Shown: in pieces, positions 14,019-26,544 of the stretch
Layout: every line of letters begins with the position of its first letter
Numbering within the stretch: position 1 is the first letter of the stretch
Source: Phyllosticta citribraziliensis
Lineage: Eukaryota
DNA length: 64,000 nucleotides
Reading direction: 5' to 3'
Assembly (NCBI RefSeq): GCF_038025025.1
Contig: NW_027117338.1
Location: 2,728,001-2,792,000 of the forward strand
Notes under the pieces: model-generated
What the model was told of the DNA's origin: nothing
Seen by the model: only the letters and a program-made list of their open reading frames with translations
Databases searched by the model: none
Made by a program: the position numbers and the translations under genes

Positions 14019-16009
14019 GCTTACCCCTAGCTATATTAACTAAACCTAAGGCTATTATACTAAAGGCTATAATTATACCCCTAGAAACCCCTAATAATAT
14101 ATCTTTACTTCTATACCTACTAGAAATACTAACTATAACTAAGTAGAGTATACCTATAAGTAGCTTACCTACTATTACTAAGTAACTCTAGTATACTTAA
14201 GGTAATAATACTAAGGAAAGTAATAAGGAAGAGGTTATAGTTATAGGATAAAGTAATAGAGATAAGACCTCTAATATAAAGAAGAATAGTAGCTAGCCCC
14301 TAGACTATAATAGAAACTAACTAAATAGTACCTTACTAATAACTTTTACTACTCTCTTTAAGTATAAATAGCTTCTTATACTAACTAAAATAGCTACTAT
14401 AGTACTAGATACTAATAATATAGAGGACTTTATCCTAATCTCTAGTAATAATAATACCCCTATTATAACTTATTATAAAGGTAAAGGTAAAGCTACCTAT
14501 AATATTAAGGAATATAGTACTATAGAGGATAATACCTTAATACTCTATAGAGATAATAATACTAAGCCTAGTAAAGGTAAAGCTAGGTTAACTACTACTA
14601 GTAACTAAATATACTTAAAGGAGTCTTAGAAGCTAATACTATATAATATTAATACCTTTAAACCCTCTAATTATAAGAAGGGTTACTTTCTTTAGGAGAT
14701 ATATAACTAGCTACTTTTTAAGTATACTAGGGCCTATTACTATATTATCTATAATAATACCCTACTATTATTAGGAGTCTATTTATCTAGCTAGCTTATT
14801 ACTATACTACTTATAGTTATTTAGCTTTACTATACTAGTTATAATCTTAAGGACTATAATATTAAAAGCTTATATCTCTATTTCCTAATAGAGGGTAGTA
14901 TAAATAGACTCTATTACTCTATAGGTTTTAGTTTACTTATTATTATTAAGTAGGGATAAGTATATTTTACCTATCTTATAAAGCTAGGTAGATACTTATT
15001 CTATAGAGACTAGGGATACTAATAGTTTCTAGGCTATAAAAAGGAAGGGGACCCTAATATTAACTTTACTATCCTATAGTATAGTATTATAGTTAATTTA
15101 TATAAGTACTATAGTCTATTTCTAATCCTAGACTATATATTTAAGGTCTCTAAATTTATATTAGACTATATATACTTAATTATCCCTATAGAATTATAAT
15201 TCTACCTACTAATATTAGACCTAGCTAACTTTTACTAGTTCTCTATATAATAGCTCTAGAAGTTTATAAAGTACCTAGTAGAAAGGGATAAAGAGTATAT
15301 TATTAGTAATAAGTACTATACCCCCTAGGTAGATAATAGGAAGAACTAGTAGGCCCTAGTAGTCCCTATAAAGGATAAGGACTTTATCTACTATCTATAT
15401 ATAATATCTAATATTAACCTAAAGGATATTACTATAATTATATATAACCCTAATTTTCTTAAGATATATAGTAAGGATATATTAGAGGTATAACCTAATT
15501 ACCTATTAGCTATTCTAGGTACCTATAATAGCTAGATTTATTATATCCCTAAAGAGATATTAGAAGAGATATACTAGTAGTATAAATAGACTAATAATAA
15601 AGCTAATATATAAGCTACTACTATCTTTAATAAAGAGGAAGCCTACCTTATAGCTAGTAGTAGCCCTATTAACCTAGGGTAGGGTATAGTTACTACTAAA
15701 GTACCTAATAACTATTTTACTACTAGGTTTAATAATAATAAAGCTATATTAACTAGGATCTATAATTACCTTATAATAAGGAACCCTAAGACTATAGGTA
15801 TTAGAACCTATACCCTATAAATAGATTATAATATCCCTATACTATTAAGTATTATAGACCCTATAATAGTTACTTACCTAATTATAGGTAGTCCCCTTAC
15901 CCTATATTTATAGAATAAGATAATTATTCCTATATTATAGTTTAAGCTTAGTATAGGCTATTAACTTACCCTACTCTCTAAATATAACCCCCTTTAGTAT
16001 AAGTATAAG

Positions 16010-16432
16010 TGTCACAACTCGCAGATTTCTCATTATGCAGGTGAGGGCTAAAGGTAAACTGCTAGAAAATGCATATATATCTTAATTAAATATAATAAGT
16101 TAAAAGAATAAAATATAAAAGATACTTACTACCTATATATTTCCTAGTCCTTCCTTTATACTATTCTACCTCTTATCCTTTATATAAGGGTCCTTAGTTA
16201 TTATTAGGTGAGTTATAAAGGTGAGGTATTAATAGGCTATTATATAGTATCTTCCTAAGGCTATAGTAGCTGGTGCTAGGCTATAGTAGCTAGTACTAGC
16301 CTATAGGTTTTAGCCTGAGCTGTAGTGGGCTGCTACCTAAGGTAAGGCTTATACTTCCTGTAACCGCGCGACGCCGGGTTTGTCTGTGCTGGCCCTGGTG
16401 CTTATATAGGCGCGTGTATGCCTATCATGACA
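16010..16432 (-). repeat. 3' LTR of element C
   Basis: Direct repeat of 23860-24282. Confidence 0.93.
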
Positions 16433-16680
16433 TGGATAGGTGCATGTACGCCTATTATGATATGCCCCCCCTAAAGAGAAGCTGAAATTATGGGAATTGG
16501 TAGCTGCAGGCGCTTATATAGGTGTAGACTTATGATATATAATGGTGGTAATTCAGTAATTTAAGCATTCTATATAGTTATAAAGTATAATTATTAGTCT
16601 AGGTCTACTACTATACTATCTCTTTCTATTACTATCTCTTTTACTATATAACCTATAGAAGGTTACTATCTTACTTAGCT

Positions 16681-18149
16681 ATATCTAAAGCTCCCTATTA
16701 AAGTATATTATTATCCTAGTCTAATTTAGCCATAATCTAGTGAACTGACTATTACACATAAAGGTTCTAATAATTTAAATAATTTATACCCTACTAATAG
16801 TAAAGTAGACATTCCTGGCTACTATATACTTAATATATCTACTACTTATTATAGTCTAGTCTATTAGGACTTATTACTATTATATAAGAGTTATAGTATT
16901 AAGTTATTATTATATAGTATTATTTATAATCTATTATAGTTACTGCTTACTTAGAGAGCTATTTTAGCTAGTAGTATCTATAAGGACTATTATATAGAGT
17001 CCTAAGGTAAGTAAACCTTCTATCTCTTTAAACTATTACTAATTATTATCCAGGCCATTAAGTAGTATTATATATCTAGGTTTTACTACTTTATTATCCC
17101 ATCCTACCAACTAATATAATTATAGAGGAGGACACTCATATAAATACTTAGTTAGGCTAGGCTTTACTTATTTAGCTAGGAATAGCTATAGGCTTATCAC
17201 TTTACCTATAGCATACTATAGTATTAGATTCTACTCAATTAGTATTATTAGTTATCGCACAAGGTTCATCATCTATAGCTATATAGCCTACTACTAACCA
17301 GCCTATTATACTACATTACTGCCAGTTTACTATTATGCAGCCTATTTTAGAAGAAGAAGGTAAAGAGCCTACTCATATATACTATTATTATAATCCTACA
17401 GCTTATTAGGTTCTGGCAGCTAAGTACTTACTACCTACTACTTTATATAATAGTAGTAATAGTGAGATTTATATTACAGCATTACTAGTTAGCTCTAATA
17501 AGGTACCTATTAAGTAGGACTTTAAGTTAATACTTTATATCCCTTATAAAAATATAGAGAGTATTATATAAGTAAGTTTATCTTACTAATATAAGGGATT
17601 CTTATCTAACTAACTATATAGGCATACCTTAATAGTTCTAAAGTATAAGAGCGCGCTAAATATATCTTAGCCTTAGATAATAGTATACCTTACTTATATA
17701 TTATAGTTTCTACTTAGTAATTTAACTACTTATTAGTTAAAATCTAAGCTAGCTCATATAATGCTTTTCTTATCTAGTATACTAGAATTAATAACCCTAT
17801 TAGCTATACCAAGTATTATAATAATACTAATACTTATATATTTATTAGTTATTACCACCTACCTAGTTTCTTATGGGGCCGCTGCACTAACTACCTTTAG
17901 GGTACAGGTAACCTTAACTATACTATAAGTAACTTAAAGGGTGCTAAGCTACCTACTTATTATAAGAGGTATAAAGATAAGATTTATATAGAGGAGTTTT
18001 AAAGCTTATACTACTAGGCTAGGTTAGAGGATTAAACTAATTAGGCTTTAACTAAGTAGGATATCCTACCTAATAAGCTAGAGGATCTAGAGGAGATAGT
18101 CTTATATAATAACTATTATAATAAGAAGAAGGGAAAAGGAAAGAAGTAA
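16681..18149 (+). pseudogene. Antisense, spliced accessory gene inside element C with a DUF3716-like Cys-rich domain (RIP-mutated)
   Basis: Introns at 17007-17053 (GTAAGT..CTAAT..CCAG) and 17572-17621 (GTAAGT..CTAAC..TAG), plus a tentative one at 16740-16800, join exons in one frame. The last exon reads NAFLI*YTRINNPISYTKY...FISYYHLPSFLWGRCTNYL*GTGNLNYT, which de-RIPs to an A-x-x-I-Q..G..CxxC..FxxC..GxCxNCxW..C pattern. Confidence 0.7.
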
Positions 18150-21100
18150 AGGGTAGAAATTAAAGAAGAGGATAGTAGGGAATAAGTAGTAAAAAGGAGA
18201 GACTAGAGAGTAGAAGTTAAGATTAATAGTATTTATATAAGGGTAGATAGTAAACTAATTAGTCTACTTTCTATATCTTTATAATATTTACTATAGGCCT
18301 AAGTAACTTATTTTATTATTACTTTCTATTTTAATCTATAGTTCTTCTTAGAGGAAGGTAGCCTTCTATTTTTCTAGATTTTTTAGTAGTCCTACTATAG
18401 TAGGGTATAATAAGTAGAATTCTTTAATTTTCTATAGTATACTACTAAAAGAACTTATATTATACCACTAGTCATCTTAGTTATATCTAGTCTATTTAAC
18501 TTAGTATTAAAGCTTCCTATATAAGACTTAACTAGCTTAAATATAGTCTACTTTCTACTTAGGCTTATCTTAAATAATCTTAGGTTTAGGTTTAGTATAT
18601 TCCTAACTAGGAAGCTATTCTATTTTAGCCTTATATAGCCTATTAGTATAGAAAAGGTTAACCATCTTTATATATAAGGGAAGATTAAGGATATAGGAGG
18701 ATCTTTCTATTCCTATAATCTTAAAAGGTCTAGTATTAGGAAAGTCTAATTTAAGGTTTAGCTAATTAGTAGACTATCCTATTTTCTTAATATAGATATA
18801 ATCTCTAATTATAAAGTCTGGTGTATAATGGTACTTATTGGCTTATTAGTATATATACTCTTAGGATTTAAGAATAAGATTCTTTATAAATTTAAAAGCT
18901 TCTTATTTTCTCTTTTATAGTATTTATACTACTATATAAGCTATCTTCTCTAGTTACTAGGGGGTCTTAGTTCTTTATTACTAGTTATAGTATATTTAAG
19001 GGGAATATCCTAACTTAATCTTAAAAGGTAAAAGTCTAGTAGCTTTATAAGGAAGTATTACTTGTGTAAGGTCTATTAATGGTAGAAGATTAGACTAATT
19101 ATTCTGAAAGTAATTAATAAAAGGTCTTAATCTTTATATAAGATGCTAATTAATAATCTCTATAATACTATTAGTTTAAGAGTAGTAGGATGAGTTAAAA
19201 TACTACTCTATACTAGTTAGCTTATATAGTTTATTTATAAATACTAAGATGAACTGAGGGCCTTAATTAGATAGGATAAACTTAGGGTTTCTATAAATAT
19301 AATAGATATACTTATAAAAGAGCCTAGAGACTCCTTTAGTATTAATCTTCTTTATATAAGGTAAGCTAAAGGTTCTTTAACTTAACTAGTCTATAATAAC
19401 TAGGATTATATTATAGCCTTTTTAATCTTTAGGTATCTCTTTAAAATCTATAGCTAAGTATTACTAAGGTTAAGTAGGAATCTCTAGGGGTTATAGAAGG
19501 CCTAGGTCTTTATTATAAAACTCTTTTATTTAGTAGTAAATATAGTATCCTTACCTATAAATATTAATTATATAATTTATAGCTAGCTAGTAGTAATATT
19601 ACTTAAGGAGTTTTTATATCTTTATAATACTAGGATAGGTAGTTATATAGGTAGTATATAAAGTATTAAGTATTCTTATATAGAGGTTATTATAATCTAG
19701 TATAAAGAGGGTACTATATTATAGTAAAAGACTATCTTTTAGTTCCTAACTATTTCTTTATTTAAAGTCTTATAAGAGGGCTTTCTATCTCTAGAGTTCT
19801 AATTTAGAATCTTCTCAGTTTATATAGAGGAGTTTATCTAAAAATAATACTAGAGGAGGAAGTTCTTATTTTAAAATAGAAAGAGGGATAATAGTCTCTA
19901 ATAGGATAAGATATATCTCTTATATAGCCTTTACTTTTTCTTTCTAAGTCTTTAGGTCTTCTTATTTTTAAGTAAGGTAATTAGTAATAATATTTTCCTT
20001 TCCTAGTTAATAAGAGAATTATATATAGAACTCTATAAAAAACTTAGACTATCTAGCTTATTATTAATTAAGTTATTATTTAGTAGAGTAGTACTCTAAT
20101 ACCTAATAGTCTATAATTATAAGAAAAGATTTTTTAAGGCTAATAAGTATTAGTCTCTATTCTTCTAGTCTATTCTTAATAGCTAGCAGTTCTTTATTAG
20201 ATATTCTATAATAAAGTTCTATATCTACTATTACCTTAGAGTAGAATACTACTAGTTTCTAATTATATAAAGGTTACTAGAGCTATATTAAGATGCTAGT
20301 AGTAACTCCATTACTTATATTAGTCTCTATATAAGTATTAAGAGTAGGGTTATAGTTAACTAGGAGTATATTACTATATATCAGCTTCTTAAGTTATTAA
20401 ATTACCTCTTCTTCTAGGGGTCCTAGTTATTACTATTTTACCTTAGAGTATAGTTTCTCTAATAGCTAGCTAATTTATCTATAGTTAGGGAGAAATTATT
20501 AGTAGAAATTATAGAAACCTAGGAAGGATTAAAGAGCTTTAAGGGTTTTTAGTATTAGCTAGTTTTATATAGGTTCTACCTTATCTAGGTCTATTTAAAT
20601 ACCTTCTATAGAAATAATATATCTAAGAAACTTTATATAAGTAACTAAAAACTTACTCTTCTTTAAATCTATCTATAGTCCTACTTTTTATAGTCTTACT
20701 AGTACTTTTTTTACTTATTCCTTATACTCTATAGGGTTTTTAGAGATAATAAGTATATTATCTATAAAAGCCATAATAAAATTATCTAAATACTTAAAGA
20801 GAACCTGGTTAATAAAATATTAAAAGGCTATAGGTCTATTACTTAATCTAAATAGTAAGATATAGTATTTAAATAACCTATATCTTATATAGAAGGTGGT
20901 TTTATCTTTAGAATCCTTAGTAAGATAAATATAGTAGAAAGCTTATTAAATATTAAGCTTAGTATAAATCTTACCCTTTCTAATACACTAAAGTAACTCT
21001 ATAATAAGAGGGAGGGGGTGTAAATCCTTAGTAGTTTATTTATTAAGCTATTAGTAGTCTATATAGAATCTCCATCCCCTACTAGGCTTTTTTACTATAA

Positions 21101-23859
21101 GAATAGGAGAAGTATAGGTAGTAAAGCTCTCTATAATAAAGCCTTTTTAAATATTCTCAATAATATACTCTTTTACAGCCTTAAGCTGCTCTAGAGACAT
21201 TCTATAGAGAGGACTAGGTAGAAGCTCTAGTAGACCATTATATATAAGAGATATTTTATAATTAACCCCTATATAATATAGTAGTAGCTCATTAGACTCT
21301 ATTTTAGAAAACACATCTTAAAATTCCTTATAAGCAGCTAGTAGCTTAGAAGCTAGTAATTCCTTAGTTTCCTTATCTTTAAGAGCCGCTTAAACTTATA
21401 TAAGGTTAATAGTATAGATCTCCATTAGCATAACTTATATTTTATAAATAGAAAGCTTAAATATATCTTAAGTTTAGAATTTAATTCCCTTAATAACCTA
21501 TACTAAGGGAAGGAGGTATTTATTAAATTTTTTATCTCTATAGTCTACATCTACTTAGTATTTTTTCTATAGTTCTTTACTTCACATAGAGATTTTTAGT
21601 AGGTATAGAAGATGCTAAAAGGACTAGTTAACTAGTAGCTATCTCTAGACTAGTTTACATCATTTATAGTCTAGGAGGATATTATACTAGTCAAAAAACT
21701 ATTACCTAAGAATTATATTATTATAGCCAATATTATAAATAAAAGTATAAGTAGAAACCATTTAATCCTAGAAATAGAGTTAAAGATAAAAGTAAAAATT
21801 AACCTTCTTATTTATACATTAGTTAAACCTAGTAATATTAAGCCCTTTACCTATTATTCTCTTTTTTATAGTACCTATAGACTAGAGAGTTAGTAGTAGC
21901 TTAGAGTAAATAAAACTCATACCTCTAGTACTAGTATTAGCTAGGGCACAAATTTCTAAGGCGCGGCTATTAGATATAATTAAGGTTTATATAGTAAAGG
22001 GTACACCTCTAATAAAGTAACTAAGATTTATATAAGAACCCTTAATATATATTACTCTAAGTTTAGACCTAAGGTAGGAGACTTTACCTAGGTCTTATTA
22101 TTTTCTAATAAAGACTAATCTCCTTTATTTATATAGATATCTTTAGCACTTTCTTCTTCTACTAACTCTATTACCTTTATCTCTAGTTATAGGTATTACC
22201 TCTATAAATAGCTAAACTAGCCATAGTAATTATATAGTCTAATCTCTATATAGACTTCTACTTTACCTTTATAGGTTATATTATATAAGGGAGCTCTAGA
22301 TATAGATCGCACCTATATATAACTAGAAGATAAAGTAATTATACCACCTAAGGTAGTTATCTTTACTCTTTCTTATTATCTCTTCTTTACTCATTCCTTA
22401 TATAACGTGAGCATTAGTTTTCTATAGTTAGAATAGTAGTTACTAAGACTTTAAGTAATAGGGTAGGCTTATTAGAGGTACTTATAAAAGTTAATATCCT
22501 CATCTTACTCTATAGTAACTATATAGGTTTAAAGGAGAGGATCTATTATATTATAAAAGTCCTCTTTCTACTATTTCTAGGGAAGATCTATATCTAAGGC
22601 TAATTATATAAAGTTTAATTAAAACTTCTAAAGGTCTATAGGAATATAGTATATAAGAGAGTATAACTACTTCTTTATATCCTTATATTTATATAGACTC
22701 TAGAGGAGGTTATCTAGGAATTTAAAGATATCCTTATCTAGAGTAACTTTATTAGCCTTTATATAAGAAGTAAGAAAAGGAGTTAGGTAATATAAGACTT
22801 CTCTACTAATATAGGAAATAATATAACCTATAATGTTTTATTTAGTCTCCTCTACTATATCTTTAGTAAAGTAATTGTAGTTTTATTTAATTTTATTTTA
22901 TATAAGGAGGGTCTAGTATTTATATAAGGGGTCTTCTCTATTAGTAAGAAGAGGAGAATTAGGAACCTTACTACTTTAGTATTTCTTACTACTTAAAGAT
23001 AAAGTAGAGGTTTTAGTAGTAGTTTCCCTTATATAGGTTAGAGGAGGTCTAAGAGTCCTTATTACTCTACTAGTAGAAGGATCTTAAGAGAGGGTAATAG
23101 GTCTTAGGTACTAAGCTAATAAAGAGGGCCTAATATATCCTTCCCTTAAGGCTTCCCTTAGTCTATTAGTATAGTTTAAGAGTATTTACTTAAGAGCCCA
23201 GTTCTACCTTTATATATAGTTTAGTTACTACTGCACTTAAGACTTATTTAAGGATATAATCTTAGATTTAAATTAATTAATATCTAAGTATAGTACCTTT
23301 ATAAACGCCTCTATAACTAGAGCTTAAATAGTATAAGTTAACCCTAGGTCTTAGGTATATTCTTTCACCTCTACTACTAGAACTAAGTAGAAATTATATA
23401 AGAGAATAAGGGTAGGTCCTCTCTTATTATTATTTAATAAGTATCTAGTATTATATAAATCTTTAGTACCTTTATATAAATCTTATCAAGTTAATTAACT
23501 AGTACTAATACCTTTAGTAGTACTAGACATATTAGCTTTATTCTTAGCCATACTATCTTTATAGTCTTCTACTTAGAATATCCCTTAAGTAGGTTATAGA
23601 TAAGATGCCTCCTAGATATTTATATACTACCCTATAGCCTTAACTAAAGACTTCTATAGTTAATATATACTTAATACTCCTTAGTCCTCAGATAATACTA
23701 ATATACCTAATAAAGACAACTTAGGTTTACTAGGGAAAAGTAATAAGTAGTCTTATATAAGACTATAGCTATATATAATATTACTTAGGTTAAATATTAT
23801 AACACCTTTATAGGTAAAGAAGTAGGATAGAGCTAAAACTTAGAATAATCTTTTATATC

Positions 23860-24282
23860 TATCATAACTTATAGATTTCTTATTATATAGGTAAGGGCCA
23901 AAGGTAAACTACTAGAGAATACATATATATCTTAATTAAATATAATAAGTTAAAAGAATAAAATATAAAAGATACTTACTACCTATATATTTCCTAGTCC
24001 TTCCTTTATACTATTCTACCTCTTATCCTTTATATAAGGGTCCTTAGTCATTATTAGGTAAGTTATAAAGGTAAGGTATTAATAGGCTATTATATAGTAT
24101 CTTCCTAAGGCTATAGTAGCTAGTACTAGGCTATAGTAGCTAGTACTAGCCTGTAGGTTTTAGCCTAAGCTATAGTGGGCTGCTGCCTAAGGTGAGGCTT
24201 GTACTTCCTGTGACCGCGTGATGCCAGGTTTGTCTATGCTGGCCCTGGTGCTTATATAGGCGCGTGTACGCCTATCATGACA
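23860..24282 (-). repeat. 5' LTR of element C
   Basis: Direct repeat of 16010-16432; ends in catgaca followed by the TSD ataag. Confidence 0.93.
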
Positions 24283-24894
24283 ATAAGTAGCTTATATACC
24301 TAAGGTATATACCCTCTATCTATTACTACTACCTTACTAAGTCTAAGGCCTTTATTAAAGGTTTTAATATTAATATTAGTAATAGTATAGTAGTATAGGT
24401 AGCTTCTATAGTTATATATAGACTACTATTCTAGACTTTCTAGGATAACTATAATATTAATATCTAGTATATTTATATCCTACCTACTAATAATAATATT
24501 AACTCTAAGGTATAGAATAAACTACTTAATAAGCTCCTTAATAATTAATAATAGTATAATACTAATATTAACTATATAACTAAATACCCTACTAGCTATA
24601 GGAGCCTTATAGCCTATAAGATTTATATTACTAATATTCTATATTAGATACCTAATAATTAGCCCTAGGAAGTATTAGAATAATAGAGACTAATAGAAAA
24701 GCTAGTATTTTATATATAGGAGGATAACTAGATTTTATAATAAGGATATTATTAGTTTATAGCTACTATTTTATTATATATCTATATATCTTTACTTAGT
24801 ACCTAGCGCGTTTAGTATAGCAGCCCTAGGTTAGGTAGGGGCCCTAGCCTATATAGTTAGCCCCTAGCCCTAGCTAGGGTATTTAGACTAATTA

Positions 24895-26060
24895 ATATAT
24901 ATTTAGCTTACGTGCCTGTCTATAGGACGAGTTATAGTATAGGACTTAGAAACTAAGGAGATAACTAGCTTAGTACATCCCTTAGTTATAAATTCTTTAG
25001 TAAATTTATCCCTTATTTTCTTAGGGGTAGGGAGTCTAAAAGTTACTACCTAGAGTACTAGTACTAGTCTCCTATTAGGGGACTTTTTTAGTTTATATAT
25101 CTTCTAATTTAATAGACCTATATTAGGAGCTATATTATTATACCTATCTAAAGCTATATTTTATATATTCTTAGATTTCTTAGTTACTAGGGTTAATTCC
25201 TTTAAATTTTTTAGATTCCTTAATGAGGCTATACTAACCTAATTAGGTATAGTAGTTAGCTTATTAATAGGATTTTTTTTTAAATTTTTATAAATTTTTA
25301 AATTCTAGGAAGGTACTTAGGAGGGTTTAAAACTAGCTAGTTATAAATTTTTATTTTATATATTTTACTTATTTAGGGAATTTACCTTATTTCTAAGTAT
25401 TTTAACTACTCTTTTAATTTCTTTAGTACTTCTAGATAGTATAAAGCTTACTATCTTAGTAATACTAGTCTCTAGGAGTTCTCTAAAAAGTCCTATAAAA
25501 TCTAGGCCCTTTAATTAGTTAGATTAGGTAGTAGTAAGATTTATAGCTTTAATAAATAGGGACCTAGCTAAATTAATTACCTTATAGAAGATTAGGATAT
25601 TAGGCCTAACCCTATTTATTTAGCTAGTAATTTATTCCTAGCTAGGCTAATTCTAGCCTACTATAGAAGGGCTAAAATTAAAGGTCTTAGCTAAATTAGG
25701 GATAAATCTAGGGGTAGTCTTAAGTTTAGAGGAGTTAATAGGGATAGTATTAACTATCTTTAAATTATCTAGTTTAATTCTAGGGTTAGGGGGTCCCCCT
25801 AGGTACCTAGAAGGAGGTAAGGGGGTATTTTCTATACTCTTTCTATAAAAATTAAATAGACTAGTAGAAAAATAACTAATATAAAATTACTAGCTTTTAT
25901 TTTATATAAACTAAGCTATAAATAAACTCTACTATTACTTAGTAAGAGCTAGCTACTTAGAGAACTAGTAAAGTAGGTAGTTTTAGATAGTTCTAGGTAG
26001 TTTTTATTATTTCTTTATTTTTAGGGAGGTTTTTAGGGGGAAGATAATAGAATAAAAATA
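24895..26060 (-). mobile_element. Putative LINE-derived remnant (5' UTR, ORF1-like N-terminus and a 3'-end-like motif), RIP-mutated
   Basis: A minus frame from ~25835 reads (M)ENTPLPPSR.LGGPPNP. The minus strand at ~24935-24895 reads ggcacgtaagctaaatatatat, similar to the LINE end gggacgttaaactaaataaata at 27155-27176. Boundaries are approximate. Confidence 0.4.
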
Positions 26061-26544
26061 TTCTAAGGGTACTACTAGAATTATCTTACCTAGATAATTA
26101 AAATAGTATCCTTATTATCCTAATCTAGCCTAATCTTACTAAGGTTATATAACCTAAGGTTAAATCTAGGTATAGCTCTAAAGTAAGGTATAGCTCCTAG
26201 CTATAATATTTACTAAAGACTAGGGGAAGTATAAAAATTTAAAACTAATCTCCTAGCCTTATTTTCTAATATTTTTTAATAATATAAGTATTAGGTATAA
26301 TAGAACTAAGTATAGGCTTTTAATTAGTATACTTTTTATCCTAATTAGATAAGTATTTATAGAGATATAGGGGGTATAAAGTTATATCCCTTTTCTTATA
26401 ACCTTCTACCCCTTTCTATATAATAGTATATATAGTTTAGGAGCTAAAAGTTAGAGCCTTAGGTATATTAACTATACTCTTTTAAATAGTAGTACTCTTA
26501 GCAAGAAATTTAGAGGTTAATTTATTTTACTAGATATATATTAT

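Larger units (their letters stand above)
16010..24282 (-). mobile_element. Ty3/Gypsy chromovirus LTR retrotransposon C (8.27 kb, RIP-inactivated, extra 1.7-kb region after pol)
   Basis: 423-bp LTRs; outer termini TGTCA...TGACA intact; TSD ATAAG at 16005-16009 and 24283-24287; PPT (C-run on +) at ~16465-16471. Minus-strand RT motif FIMAFIDNILII (~20745-20780) and chromodomain relic (~18400-18570). Confidence 0.95.
1424..24740 (+). pseudogene. RIP-killed ORF of about 870 codons, split into 1424-1606, 14024-16009 and 24288-~24740 by LTR elements A and C
   Basis: After removing A and C and one copy of each TSD, a single coding-like frame continues across both junctions (ggc tta|ccc cta gct; tat aag|tag ctt). 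Only TAA/TAG stops were seen. Both ends are approximate. Confidence 0.6.

Noticed and set aside
15600..15900. Helicase or Starship captain motifs in the fossil ORF
   Set aside because: I could not identify Walker A/B or tyrosine-recombinase motifs, so no family was assigned.
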